From NCBI GenBank assembly GCA_052035175.1, contig JBPOHV010000001.1, positions 233,569 through 297,568 of the forward strand: a DNA stretch of 64,000 nucleotides, given 5' to 3'. Position numbers and translations under genes: made by a program. Under the pieces are notes generated by a model that saw only the letters and a list, made by a program, of their open reading frames with translations, was not told the origin of the DNA and searched no databases. Positions 39,355-49,001 of the stretch are shown piece by piece (within the stretch, counting starts at the first letter, position 1; each line of letters opens with the position of its first letter). The DNA is from a candidate division WWE3 bacterium (GTDB lineage: Bacteria > Patescibacteriota > WWE3 > UBA101185 > UBA10185).

Positions 39355-40773
39355 ATGAGAACTAGGATGGCGCCAAGCCCAACAGGTGAATTTCACATAG
39401 GAAGTATGCGTACTTTATTGTATAGCTATGCCCTAGGTAAGCAAAACGGCGGTCAATTTATCTTACGTATAGAGGATACAGACAAAAAAAGAGAAGTTGC
39501 GGGTGCTTTAGAAAGATTACAAAAAGTCGTACACGACTATGGCCTTGACTGGGATGAATATTATAAGCAGTCTGAGCGTTTGGAAATATATCAAAAGCAT
39601 GCAAAAGAGTTAGTAGAAAATGATAAAGCTTACTATTGTTTTTGTAGTGAAGATCGCTTGAATACAATGCGTGAAGAACAAAAAGCAAGGGGTTTGCCAA
39701 CAACAAAATACGATGGCTTATGCCGTAGTATTTCTTTATCAGATGCAAAAGCACGTGTCGAAAATGGCGAGTCTTATGTAGTAAGGCTCAAAGTACCAGT
39801 AAATGAAGATGTTCATTTTGATGATGCTATCCTCGGTCATATAGTTTTTAATTCAAAAGACGTTGAAGATTTAGTTTTGTTAAAATCAGATGGTTACCCT
39901 ACTTATCATTTGGCAGTTGTAATCGACGACCATCTTATGAATATTTCGCATGTTTTGCGTGGGCAAGAATGGTTACCCTCAGCGCCAAAGCATGTACTTT
40001 TGTACAAAGCGTTCGGATGGGATATCCCTGTACATGCTCATTTACCAAACCTTAAAGATAAAGGCGCAACAAAAAAGCTTTCTAAGCGTTTTGGCGATGT
40101 GCATGCTGTAGCATTTTTAGAGAAGGGTTATTTGCCAGAAGCATTATTAAATTTCTTAATGTTTTTGGGTTGGAATCCTGGAGGGGAAAAAGAAGTCTAT
40201 ACTTTAGAAGAGTTTGTTAAAGATTTTAGTTTGGCACGAGTTCACAAAACTGATTTGGTAGTTTTTGATCGTGAAAAGCTAGCTTGGTTTAATGGTCAGT
40301 ATATTAGATCTCTGGACACAAAGGCTTTATTAGCAAAATTGACTTTATGGGCTGAAAACTTTGATGTAACTCTTGTTTCTAGTGGCGCCGATGAAGCGTA
40401 TGTTTTGAGAGTGTTGTCATTGGTACAAGAAAGGATGAAGCTTTTATCTGAGTACAATAGCTTAGTCGATTATTTTTATATGCGCCCGATGGTAGATAGC
40501 TCTTTGTTTTTGAAATACACGTCAGATATAGACAGAGCAAAAGTTATTTTAAAAGGGTTTCATAATATTCTAATATCACTAGACACTTGGACGATCGTAG
40601 AACTACAAGAAAAGCTTTATGCATTTATAAAAGAAAACAATTATTCTGCAAAAGAAGCTTTCATGACATTGCGCATTGCCTTAACGGGAAAAGATGCAAC
40701 ACCGCATATTTTTGATATGTTAGAGTTGTTTGGTAAAGAAGAGTCTTTATCACGAATTTCTGCAAATTTCTAA
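39355..40773 (+). CDS. gltX: glutamate--tRNA ligase
   Basis: APSPTG-HIGS, LRIEDTD and KLSKR. Confidence 0.95.
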   Translation: MRTRMAPSPTGEFHIGSMRTLLYSYALGKQNGGQFILRIEDTDKKREVAGALERLQKVVHDYGLDWDEYYKQSERLEIYQKHAKELVENDKAYYCFCSEDRLNTMREEQKARGLPTTKYDGLCRSISLSDAKARVENGESYVVRLKVPVNEDVHFDDAILGHIVFNSKDVEDLVLLKSDGYPTYHLAVVIDDHLMNISHVLRGQEWLPSAPKHVLLYKAFGWDIPVHAHLPNLKDKGATKKLSKRFGDVHAVAFLEKGYLPEALLNFLMFLGWNPGGEKEVYTLEEFVKDFSLARVHKTDLVVFDREKLAWFNGQYIRSLDTKALLAKLTLWAENFDVTLVSSGADEAYVLRVLSLVQERMKLLSEYNSLVDYFYMRPMVDSSLFLKYTSDIDRAKVILKGFHNILISLDTWTIVELQEKLYAFIKENNYSAKEAFMTLRIALTGKDATPHIFDMLELFGKEESLSRISANF

Positions 40774-40851
40774 TATTTTTGGAAATTAAATTATTGAGGT
40801 GTTGTGGATAACTGTTAAAATATTTTTAATCATCAATTTTGAAAGGTAAAT

Positions 40852-41952
40852 ATGACAAAAGTAGTACAAGATAAAAAACCAGCCGTAGCTGTTGATAGTA
40901 ATAAAACAATCGCATTAAAATCTGCACTAGCTCAGATTGAAAAGAGTTTTGGTAAAGGTGCAATTATGAAATTGGGTGAAAGATCTCAAGAAAAAATGCA
41001 AGTAATACCCACAGGAGCAATAGGACTAGATATAGCATTAGGGGTTGGAGGCATGCCTCGTGGTCGTATCGTAGAAATATATGGACCAGAATCTTCGGGT
41101 AAAACTACATTGGTACAACATATTATTGCTGAAGCACAAAATTTGGGAGGTACCGCAGCATTAATCGATGCAGAACATGCATTTGACCCAGTATATGCAA
41201 AAAAGACCGGCGTTGATGTAGATAACCTTTTAGTTTCTCAACCAGACACTGGTGAGCAAGCTTTAGATATAGCAGAAACACTTATTAGGTCTAATGCAGT
41301 TGATGTTATTGCTATAGACTCTGTTGCTGCACTTGTACCAAGAGCTGAAATCGAAGGCGATATGGGTGAAAGTCCTATAGCTATTCAAGCAAGACTTATG
41401 AGCCAAGCTTTGCGTAGAATCACTGGTGCAGTTAGTAGGTCTAATTGTGTTGTTATTTTTACAAATCAATTACGTTCCAAAATAGGTGTAATGTTTGGTA
41501 ATCCAGAAACTACTGCCGGGGGTAAAGCTCTTAAGTATTATGCTTCAATTCGCCTAGAAATTAGAAAAACACAATCAATCAAAGTTGGTGAAGAGGTTAC
41601 AGGTATAAGAGTTCGTGCCAAAGTCGTAAAAAATAAAGTAGCACCGCCATTTAGAGCTGCAGATTTTGACATAATGTTTAACGAAGGTATTAGCAAAGAG
41701 GCAAATTTGATAGATGTTGGCGTTGCTTTGAACTTGATAAAGAAAAGTGGTGCTTGGTATGAATACAATGGCGAAAAGTTGGGACAAGGTAAAGAGTCGG
41801 TTCGCGCAGGTTTGGCAGCAGATCATAAGTTGAGAGACGTAATTGAAAAAGATATCCGCTCTCAACTAGATAAAAAAGTTGACATACCATTAGAAGTTGG
41901 ATTGGATGATGCCGATACAGCAAGCGCACCAGGTGAAGAACTTGGAGAATGA
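40852..41952 (+). CDS. recA: recombinase RecA
   Basis: [14 protein letters not shown] and DSVAAL; no intein or intron visible. Confidence 0.98.
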   Translation: MTKVVQDKKPAVAVDSNKTIALKSALAQIEKSFGKGAIMKLGERSQEKMQVIPTGAIGLDIALGVGGMPRGRIVEIYGPESSGKTTLVQHIIAEAQNLGGTAALIDAEHAFDPVYAKKTGVDVDNLLVSQPDTGEQALDIAETLIRSNAVDVIAIDSVAALVPRAEIEGDMGESPIAIQARLMSQALRRITGAVSRSNCVVIFTNQLRSKIGVMFGNPETTAGGKALKYYASIRLEIRKTQSIKVGEEVTGIRVRAKVVKNKVAPPFRAADFDIMFNEGISKEANLIDVGVALNLIKKSGAWYEYNGEKLGQGKESVRAGLAADHKLRDVIEKDIRSQLDKKVDIPLEVGLDDADTASAPGEELGE

Positions 41953-42421
41953 GTATTTACAAAAAATTCTTGGTAAGGTTCTAGACTATATAGCTCAAAG
42001 GCCTAGGACCTCCAAAGAAATTTATAAAAAGCTAGATAGCTCCATTTCTAGATATGTTGATGATAATGCTGAGCGTTTTGAAGTACGCACTGCAGTTGAG
42101 TCATATTTAGTAGAGGCCAACTTATTAAACGATTTAGCCTATGCAAATGAAGTTGTTTCAAGCATAGTCAATAGTTCAAAACCCCGCAGCAACCGAGAAA
42201 TATCCAATTTTTTATTGCGTAAAGGCATTTCTTCTGATATTGCTAATACAGCACTTTCGATGTTGTCTCAAGATATAGAGCTAGAAAATGCCAAAGCTCT
42301 GTTATCAAAAAAGGCATATTTGCTACAAGACAAGCAAAAAACAATGAGATTACTTTATAGAAAAGGTTATAGCCCAATGGTTATAAATAGGGTACTAGAA
42401 GACGTCGAGGTGGTAGAATAG
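41933..42421 (+). CDS. recX: regulatory protein RecX
   Basis: Follows recA; [22 protein letters not shown] and LYRKGY repeats. The GTG start is a guess. Confidence 0.8.
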   Translation: MKNLENEYLQKILGKVLDYIAQRPRTSKEIYKKLDSSISRYVDDNAERFEVRTAVESYLVEANLLNDLAYANEVVSSIVNSSKPRSNREISNFLLRKGISSDIANTALSMLSQDIELENAKALLSKKAYLLQDKQKTMRLLYRKGYSPMVINRVLEDVEVVE

Positions 42422-42585
42422 CGTGGTAAAATTGATTCGTAAAAGTTTTTGCTATGGAATACAGTTATCTATCAGATATATTAAGAAAACTTATGAGAAA
42501 GCCCTTATATAGAGCAAATAACATATTTCTATTGATACATACTGTCTAACTCTGTTTCATAGCATTATTTCAGGAGGAAAAATAA

Positions 42586-44121
42586 ATGGATATTTTAGTA
42601 GTAATTATAAGTTCTATAGTAGTAGCTGCCGGAGTTGGTGGAGGTATTTATTTTGGAATGTCATCTAAAAAAGGTGGAAAAGTAGATCAATCTGCAAGTA
42701 TCAAAGCCGTAGATGATCATGCGCTAGTGGCTGAGGCTAGAGCAAAAGCCCGCGAAATGATTTTGGAAGCTCGTGACAATGCTTTCAAAGCAAAGTCGGC
42801 TGCAGAAGATGAAGTACGCAAAATAAAAGAAACTTCTATGAATCTCGAAAGAGATATGACTGTAAAGAAAGCTGAGATAGAGGCCAAAGAAAAAGAAGTC
42901 AGCAACAATGCACGTACATTAAAAGCTGCAAAAGAGCGTATTGAAGCAAAAGAAGAAGAACTGACAACTTTATTCAAAAAGCAACAAACACTTTTGGAAG
43001 AAGTTTCGTCTTTGACAAAAGAAGAAGCTCGCAAACTATTACTTCAAAATCTCGATAAAGAATTGGCCGATGAAAAAGGCAGACGTATCAAGTCTATCGA
43101 AGAAGATATAAAGAAAAAATCTCAAGATTTAGCTAAAGAAATAGTACTGGACGCAATGCGTTACGACGCAAGAGATATAGTTATTGAATATACAACTTCT
43201 AGAGTAAATATTACTGATGATGATGTAAAAGGCCGTATTATAGGTAAAGAAGGTCGTAATATAAAAAAGTTTGAAGAACTCACAGGAGTTTCTTTAGATT
43301 TAGATTCTTCTCCTGGTCAAGTAGTTATTTCATGTTTTGATCCAGTTCGAAGAGAAGTTGCAAAAATCTCTTTAGAAAAACTTTTGAACGATGGACGTAT
43401 TCAACCTACAAAGATTGAAGAAGTGGTAGAGAAAACTCATGAAGAGCTTACTCATATCATATACAAAGCTGGAGACGATTTATGCCATAAAGCAGGCATT
43501 TATAATGTACCAAAAGAGCTTGTTCAGTACCTTGGTAGATTTAAATATCGTTTTTCATATGGTCAAAATATGCTTTCACATACAATGGAAGTTGTTAGAC
43601 TTGGTGCTGCGATTGCACACGAATTGAAATTGGATATAGATACAGTCAAACTTGGGTGTTTGTATCATGACATAGGTAAAATAATTAGCGATCAAGAAGG
43701 CGACCACGTTACTTTGGGTGTTGAGCTATTAAAGAAATTCAAAGTCCCAGAAAAGGCGATTGCATGTGTTGCAGAGCATCATGGCGACAATTACTCGTCA
43801 CCTGAATCAGTTGTAGTTGCTATGGCTGATCAAATGAGCGGTGCAAGACCAGGTTCACGTAGCGAAGACTATGAATCATATGTACAAAGGCTTAAAGATC
43901 TCGAAGAAGCCGCTTTGTCATTTGACGGTGTTGAAAAAGCTTATGCAGTTTCTGCAGGAAGAGAAGTAAGAGTCTTTGTATCACCAGATAGAGTAGACGA
44001 TCCTTCAACAGCTTTGCTCGCACGCGAAATTGCAAAAAAGATCGAATTAGAGCAGACTTATCCGGGCACTGTAAAAGTTATAGTTATAAGAGAAAAACGC
44101 GTAATCGAAACCGCAAGATAA
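42586..44121 (+). CDS. rny: ribonuclease Y
   Basis: TM, coiled coil, KH (GRIIGKEGRNI) and HD (HDIGK) domains. Confidence 0.95.
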   Translation: MDILVVIISSIVVAAGVGGGIYFGMSSKKGGKVDQSASIKAVDDHALVAEARAKAREMILEARDNAFKAKSAAEDEVRKIKETSMNLERDMTVKKAEIEAKEKEVSNNARTLKAAKERIEAKEEELTTLFKKQQTLLEEVSSLTKEEARKLLLQNLDKELADEKGRRIKSIEEDIKKKSQDLAKEIVLDAMRYDARDIVIEYTTSRVNITDDDVKGRIIGKEGRNIKKFEELTGVSLDLDSSPGQVVISCFDPVRREVAKISLEKLLNDGRIQPTKIEEVVEKTHEELTHIIYKAGDDLCHKAGIYNVPKELVQYLGRFKYRFSYGQNMLSHTMEVVRLGAAIAHELKLDIDTVKLGCLYHDIGKIISDQEGDHVTLGVELLKKFKVPEKAIACVAEHHGDNYSSPESVVVAMADQMSGARPGSRSEDYESYVQRLKDLEEAALSFDGVEKAYAVSAGREVRVFVSPDRVDDPSTALLAREIAKKIELEQTYPGTVKVIVIREKRVIETAR

Positions 44122-44157
44122 CTATTTCTTTGATGTGAATGTGTTATTGTACTAGGT

Positions 44158-44940
44158 ATGAAGATACTTTTTATTGGAGATATAGTTGCAGGTCCTGGCA
44201 GAAAGCTTGTAAAAAGAGTTTTGCCGCAGTTAATACGAGAGCATTCTATTGACGTAGTTTTTGCCAATGCCGAAAATATTTCTGGGGGTCGCGGAATAAC
44301 TCCTGATAAATTAGGTGAACTCGTAGAAGCTGGTGTTGATTACTTTACAAGTGGTGATCATGTATATTGGGAACGCTCGACAGATGATTTTATAGAAGAT
44401 GTACCAGTTCTTATTCCGGCCAATTATCCAGAAGGAAATCCAGGTAAAAGATATGCACTTATCGAAAAGAAAGGTAAGAAAATTTTACTTTTCAATATGA
44501 TGGGGCGTACAGGATTTTCTCCAATTTATGGCTATTTAGACGATCCATTTATGATTGCAGATAATATTTTGGCAAGGTTTTTAGATAAAAAGCCTGATTA
44601 CATATTTCTAGATTTTCACGCAGAAGCATCTAGTGAAAAGGTTGCTATGGGACATTATTTAGACGGTCGCATTACTGGTATGGTTGGTACGCATACACAT
44701 ATACCAACATGTGATCATATGGCTCTTTCTAAGGGTACTATGTATGTTTCTGACATAGGTATGACAGGCATTATAGATTCTGTACTAGGGGTTAAGACTA
44801 ATATCATAATCAACATGTTTAAAACCGCCAGGAATCAACGTTTCGAGTGGGAAACTGCTGGTAGAAAAGCTTTTAGGAGTGTATTATTTGACACAGATTC
44901 TAATCAGATCACAAGATTAGATCAAGTTTTCGAAAATTAG
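44158..44940 (+). CDS. ymdB: YmdB-family metallophosphoesterase
   Basis: GDIV, NAEN, DFHAEASSEK and GTHTH; follows rny. Confidence 0.9.
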   Translation: MKILFIGDIVAGPGRKLVKRVLPQLIREHSIDVVFANAENISGGRGITPDKLGELVEAGVDYFTSGDHVYWERSTDDFIEDVPVLIPANYPEGNPGKRYALIEKKGKKILLFNMMGRTGFSPIYGYLDDPFMIADNILARFLDKKPDYIFLDFHAEASSEKVAMGHYLDGRITGMVGTHTHIPTCDHMALSKGTMYVSDIGMTGIIDSVLGVKTNIIINMFKTARNQRFEWETAGRKAFRSVLFDTDSNQITRLDQVFEN

Positions 44941-45008
44941 CTAATTCGTCGAAGCGTGAACGCTTCGAGACCGCCAGGCTACTATTTTGAAAGGGGGTGC
45001 TTTAAAAA

Positions 45009-45281
45009 ATGACAAAGCAAGATTTAGTAAGAGCTGTTTCTGATGCTGCCGGCATGACATTAGTCGATGCAGGTAAGGTCGTAGATGCAGTAGCTGATTC
45101 TATAATGAGAGCACTAAAGAAAGGCGACAAAGTTACATGGACTGGATTCGGTACTTTTGAAGTAAGACACAGAGCTGCAAGAATGGGAAGAAATCCTCAA
45201 ACCAACGCTCCTATGCATATAGCTGCTAGCAAGACTCCAGCATTCAAAGCTGGTAAAGGCTTAAAAGACGCAGTCAAATAA
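45009..45281 (+). CDS. hup: HU DNA-binding protein
   Basis: GFGTF, GRNPQT and PAFKAGK. Confidence 0.95.
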   Translation: MTKQDLVRAVSDAAGMTLVDAGKVVDAVADSIMRALKKGDKVTWTGFGTFEVRHRAARMGRNPQTNAPMHIAASKTPAFKAGKGLKDAVK

Positions 45282-45333
45282 AATGACTACGCTTCTTTTC
45301 GTATAGCGAAAAGAATGATTAGAAGATGAATAC

Positions 45334-45391
45334 AAAAAAGGGTCCCATCGCGACCGTTTGCTTTCGCGGGTGAACGGGGGATCCTTTTTTT
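45334..45391 (+). terminator. terminator-like stem with structured interior
   Basis: AAAAAAGGGTCCC/GGGATCCTTTTTT closing stem downstream of hup. Confidence 0.55.
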
Positions 45392-45444
45392 AGTTCTCAG
45401 ACTTTTTTAAAAACTTTTTAAACTCACTTCGTACCCCATAGCAT

Positions 45445-45473
45445 TTGCCGGACTTGATGTTTCATTATATAAT
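45445..45473 (+). promoter_or_regulatory. sigma70-type promoter
   Basis: TTGCCG-17 nt-TATAAT upstream of 45527. Confidence 0.6.
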
Positions 45474-45526
45474 CTCAATATCACTTTTCCTAACCCCTTA
45501 GGGGGTCAATCAATTGGAGGCGCATT

Positions 45527-45958
45527 ATGCGTAAAGCTTTTTTGCCCTTAATCGGGCTTCTTACGGTGATCTTTTTCGATCGCCTGGTTGATTATGCTCT
45601 GTCACAAGGCCTTTGGGCTGTGATAGCCATACCTCTAACCGTTATGGTTGTGTTAGCTTGTTTGAGCGGCCTTTGTGGCTATACGGCATCACTCCCGTTA
45701 GCCATCTCTTTGGCTGCTACTTTGGCTGGTATTGTCTGGGCTATTTGGTCCACCGAAATGCTGGTATGGGAAACACCCATTAAAGACTTGGTGTGGCCTA
45801 TCGCTGAGGGGCTTTTTTATGCGATTCTTGTGACGGGATGGTTTTTAGTCCTGTTGCCATTTTTGTGGCAACGCCTGGAAAAGCTTATCTTAAAGCCCGC
45901 TATTCAACAGCGGGCACAAGAATTGCAGTTCGATTCAAGCGAAGGCGAACGGGGTTAG
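45527..45958 (+). CDS. hypothetical 4-TM membrane protein
   Basis: GGAGG SD, hydrophobic, visibly more GC-rich than the flanks. Confidence 0.7.
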   Translation: MRKAFLPLIGLLTVIFFDRLVDYALSQGLWAVIAIPLTVMVVLACLSGLCGYTASLPLAISLAATLAGIVWAIWSTEMLVWETPIKDLVWPIAEGLFYAILVTGWFLVLLPFLWQRLEKLILKPAIQQRAQELQFDSSEGERG

Positions 45959-45966
45959 CTCCTAGC

Positions 45967-46042
45967 AGTGGGTGGAGGCGGAAGCTTCGAAGGACGCCAG
46001 ATATTTTGGCAAATCTTTTGAAATACTTCCTCTCCACCCACT
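45967..46042 (+). ncRNA. long stem-loop downstream of the membrane protein gene
   Basis: AGTGGGTGGAG/CTCCACCCACT, GGAAG/CTTCC, TTCGAAGGA/TCTTTTGAA and GCCA/TGGC nested helices. Confidence 0.5.
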
Positions 46043-46125
46043 CGCGAACAACTCTTTTTAAAATTCCAATCTCATTAGAATAAGCACCCTTGATAGACTA
46101 AATCTCTTATGTTAGATGTGTGTAA

Positions 46126-46487
46126 ATGCAATATGAAATAGATCAGTCTGGAAAGGTAGAAAATACTTTAGGAAATTAGGCAAAGGCAAGTCTTATGTTT
46201 ATATAGTTTTCGCAATAGCGGTTTACTTGTTGATTAAGCCTTTGCATAAGAAAGGTAATATGTACTTTGTAGATATTGAGTATGTTGGTCAAACTAATAT
46301 TATAAAAGCTATTATTTCAGCTCTTTCAATAAAAGAAATCAATATAAATTGGAAGTTAGTTGGTAAGAAAAGCAAGGCGCATGATGTGGCTTATAAAGTA
46401 TACGTTGGTAAATTGCTTATTGGGAGGAAAATAACCTATATGCAAATAAAGTCAGTATATGAGTCAGTTTTATACAAAAAGGAATAG
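46126..46487 (+). pseudogene. frameshifted/deleted gene of an EIDQSG (DUF3800-like) family
   Basis: MQYEIDQSGKVENT stops at 46179; the coding-like sequence continues in another frame as YFRKLGK...VDIEY...GKKSKAH. Confidence 0.6.
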
Positions 46488-46542
46488 CCGGTGGTAACTT
46501 AAACTTCGGGCTTTCACCGAAGAATCGGAAACCTGTGCCGGC
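46487..46542 (+). ncRNA. putative structured RNA at the 3' end of the pseudogene
   Basis: GCCGGT/GCCGGC closing helix with internal CTTCGG/CCGAAG hairpin. Confidence 0.45.
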
Positions 46543-46667
46543 ATATTGTTTGCATTTTATATAACAACCAGTCTTTCGTCAATAAATTTAAAAATCGTAC
46601 TTTTTCTACTTATGCCAGCAAATGAACCCTATTAACACTCATACCCTTTTAGTGCTAGAATACTCGC

Positions 46668-47594
46668 ATGGCTTCAGCTAAAGATTATTATGAAATACTT
46701 GGTGTTGCTCGTACTGCGAGTGATGCAGAAATTAAATCAGCTTATCGCAAGCTTGCGCGAGAGCACCATCCTGACATGGTCAAAGACGGAGACAAAGCTG
46801 CAGCAGAACATAGATTCAAAGAAATAAACGAAGCTTATCAAATATTAGGAGATTCAGAAAAAAAGAAAATGTACGACCAATATGGTCACGCTGGTCCGGG
46901 ATTTAACAATGCTGGGGGTGGTGCTGGTGGTTTTGGCCAAGGAGGCTGGGGACCATTTACATATAGTTATTCTTCGAATGGCGCCGACTTTGGTGACGTT
47001 AACCCATTTGATGTATTTGAAGACTTTTTTGGTTTTAGAGGATTTGGTAGGCAGCAACGCCCACAAAAAGGAAAAAACTTATATTACGAACTCCATATTG
47101 ATTTTGTAGACGCGGTAAAAGGTGCTGAGAAAGAAATAAACGCAGAAAGCGGTAAAACCAAAATCAAAATTCCACAAGGTATTCACGACGGAACAGAAAT
47201 GAAATTCCCAGGTAAAGGAATGCCTGGGCCAAATAATTTGCCACCAGGAGATATGTTTATTACTTTTAGGTATTCTGTTCCAAGGCAATTTAGGCGTTCA
47301 AACGATGATTTAGTAGTAGCAAAGACTATTTCGTTTGTGCAAGCAGCTTTGGGTGATGTTGTAGAAGTACCTGTTATAGATCCTTCTACGTCTGATGGCT
47401 TGGCTATGGCTAAATTAAAAATTCCTAGTGGAACTCAACCAAATGCGCATATGGTGTTACGTGGTAAAGGTATGCCGCGCTTGCGCAGTTCTGGCCGAGG
47501 CGATGTTTATGTAGTTTTAACCGTAGAAATACCCAAAAAGTTATCTCGCAAGCAAAAAGATCTCTTGGAAGACTACAAAAAGCTAGAAAATTGA
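46668..47594 (+). CDS. dnaJ: J-domain chaperone (class B, no zinc finger)
   Basis: HPD motif, G/F-rich region, C-terminal domain; no CxxCxGxG repeats. Confidence 0.9.
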   Translation: MASAKDYYEILGVARTASDAEIKSAYRKLAREHHPDMVKDGDKAAAEHRFKEINEAYQILGDSEKKKMYDQYGHAGPGFNNAGGGAGGFGQGGWGPFTYSYSSNGADFGDVNPFDVFEDFFGFRGFGRQQRPQKGKNLYYELHIDFVDAVKGAEKEINAESGKTKIKIPQGIHDGTEMKFPGKGMPGPNNLPPGDMFITFRYSVPRQFRRSNDDLVVAKTISFVQAALGDVVEVPVIDPSTSDGLAMAKLKIPSGTQPNAHMVLRGKGMPRLRSSGRGDVYVVLTVEIPKKLSRKQKDLLEDYKKLEN

Positions 47595-47667
47595 AAAAGT
47601 TGCCTTGATATCTTTTGGTGTTTGTGGTAACTTTTAGTGTGCAAGTGGGAAGGTTTAACAGTAATTG

Positions 47668-47691
47668 AAGGTGGGGTTTCCCGCCTTTTTT
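47668..47691 (+). promoter_or_regulatory. rimP/nusA-leader-like hairpin with U tract
   Basis: AAGGTGGG-GTTT-CCCGCCTT-TTT just upstream of nusA. Confidence 0.65.
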
Positions 47692-47714
47692 GTTAGTAAG
47701 AAAGAAATATAAAA

Positions 47715-48893
47715 ATGGCATTAACAGAATTTAGTTTAGCGATAAATCAAGTAGCCACAGAAAGAGGCATTCCGGTGGAAGAAGTTCTCGAATCCATAAG
47801 AATGGCATATGCTTCGGCATATCGTCGAGACGCCAAAGATCGTGGTGAAGAAGTAGAATTGGAAGCTATAACAATCGAACTTAATCCTGATACAGGTGAA
47901 GGTTTGGTATTTGTCGATGGTAAAGACGTCACTCCAGCAGGATTTGGACGTATAGCTGCACAAACTGCCAAACAAGTTATTTTACAAAAAATACGCGAAA
48001 CAGAAAAAGATGTAATTATGGAAGAATTCAAATCACGCCTTGGAACCATAGTCACCGCTACAATCTTTAGAATCGAAAACAAATTGATAACTGTAGATTT
48101 GGGTAAGTCTCATGCGCATGGCGTTTTACCACAATCAGAACAAGTACAAAATGAAATTTATAGACTTAATCAAAAGCTCAAAGTTTTGATAAAAGATGTA
48201 AGAGAAGGTCCACGCGGTACTGAAATCTTGGTAAGTCGTGCCGATCCAGCTTTTGTCATTAAGCTTTTTGAACAAGAAGTTCCAGAGATAGCTTCAAGCG
48301 TAGTTACAATCGAAGCCATCGCACGTGAACCAGGTTCTCGTACAAAAATGGCTGTATCTTCTAAAGACGATAAGGTTGATCCAGTTGGAAGTTGCGTCGG
48401 TCAAAAAGGCGTTAGAGTTCAATCGATAATTTCTGAGCTTTTCGGTGAAAAAATCGATATTATTCCATTTTCAAATGTGGAAGAACGCTATATTGCGTCT
48501 GCTTTATCTCCAGCAAAAGTTATAGATGTTGTTTTGAATAGAGATGAAAAAGTAGCAACTGTTTCTGTACCAGAAGATCAACAAAGCTTAGCAATTGGTA
48601 AAGACGGTCAAAATGCACGTTTGGCAAACAAACTTACACATTGGAAGATTGATATAAAAGGTGTAAAAGATACATTTTCAAACATCGACGCTACAGTTGA
48701 TACAAGAGAGCAGCGTTCTGATAAAGTTGTTGGTATATGGGATCAAGTAATAGGTCAAGCCCGTGATGCAGCCGCAGTTTTAGAAGAAGAAAAAACCAAA
48801 TTGGCTGATGCAGCAAAACAAGTTGAGTCAGTCGAGCAAGCAGACGTTGATACACAACCTAATTCAGTTGAATCTGATAAATCAGATGCATGA
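47715..48893 (+). CDS. nusA: transcription factor NusA
   Basis: FGRIAAQTAKQ, S1 domain, and KH domains (GSCVGQKG, AIGKDGQNARLA). Confidence 0.95.
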   Translation: MALTEFSLAINQVATERGIPVEEVLESIRMAYASAYRRDAKDRGEEVELEAITIELNPDTGEGLVFVDGKDVTPAGFGRIAAQTAKQVILQKIRETEKDVIMEEFKSRLGTIVTATIFRIENKLITVDLGKSHAHGVLPQSEQVQNEIYRLNQKLKVLIKDVREGPRGTEILVSRADPAFVIKLFEQEVPEIASSVVTIEAIAREPGSRTKMAVSSKDDKVDPVGSCVGQKGVRVQSIISELFGEKIDIIPFSNVEERYIASALSPAKVIDVVLNRDEKVATVSVPEDQQSLAIGKDGQNARLANKLTHWKIDIKGVKDTFSNIDATVDTREQRSDKVVGIWDQVIGQARDAAAVLEEEKTKLADAAKQVESVEQADVDTQPNSVESDKSDA

Positions 48894-49001
48894 AGAAACT
48901 CGGTCTAACACCCGAAGAGTCTTCTTCTTCGCGGGGGACTATAGATTTAATCTACAAGCTGACAATTCAGATCTTCCCGCTCGGACTAATATGGTGGATT
49001 T

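Noticed and set aside
42422-42585. Possible structured leader upstream of rny
   Set aside because: Only weak AT-rich pairings, not distinguishable from background.
45967-46042. SRP RNA or 6S RNA
   Set aside because: Lacks the SRP GGAA tetraloop and conserved internal loop, and is too short for 6S.
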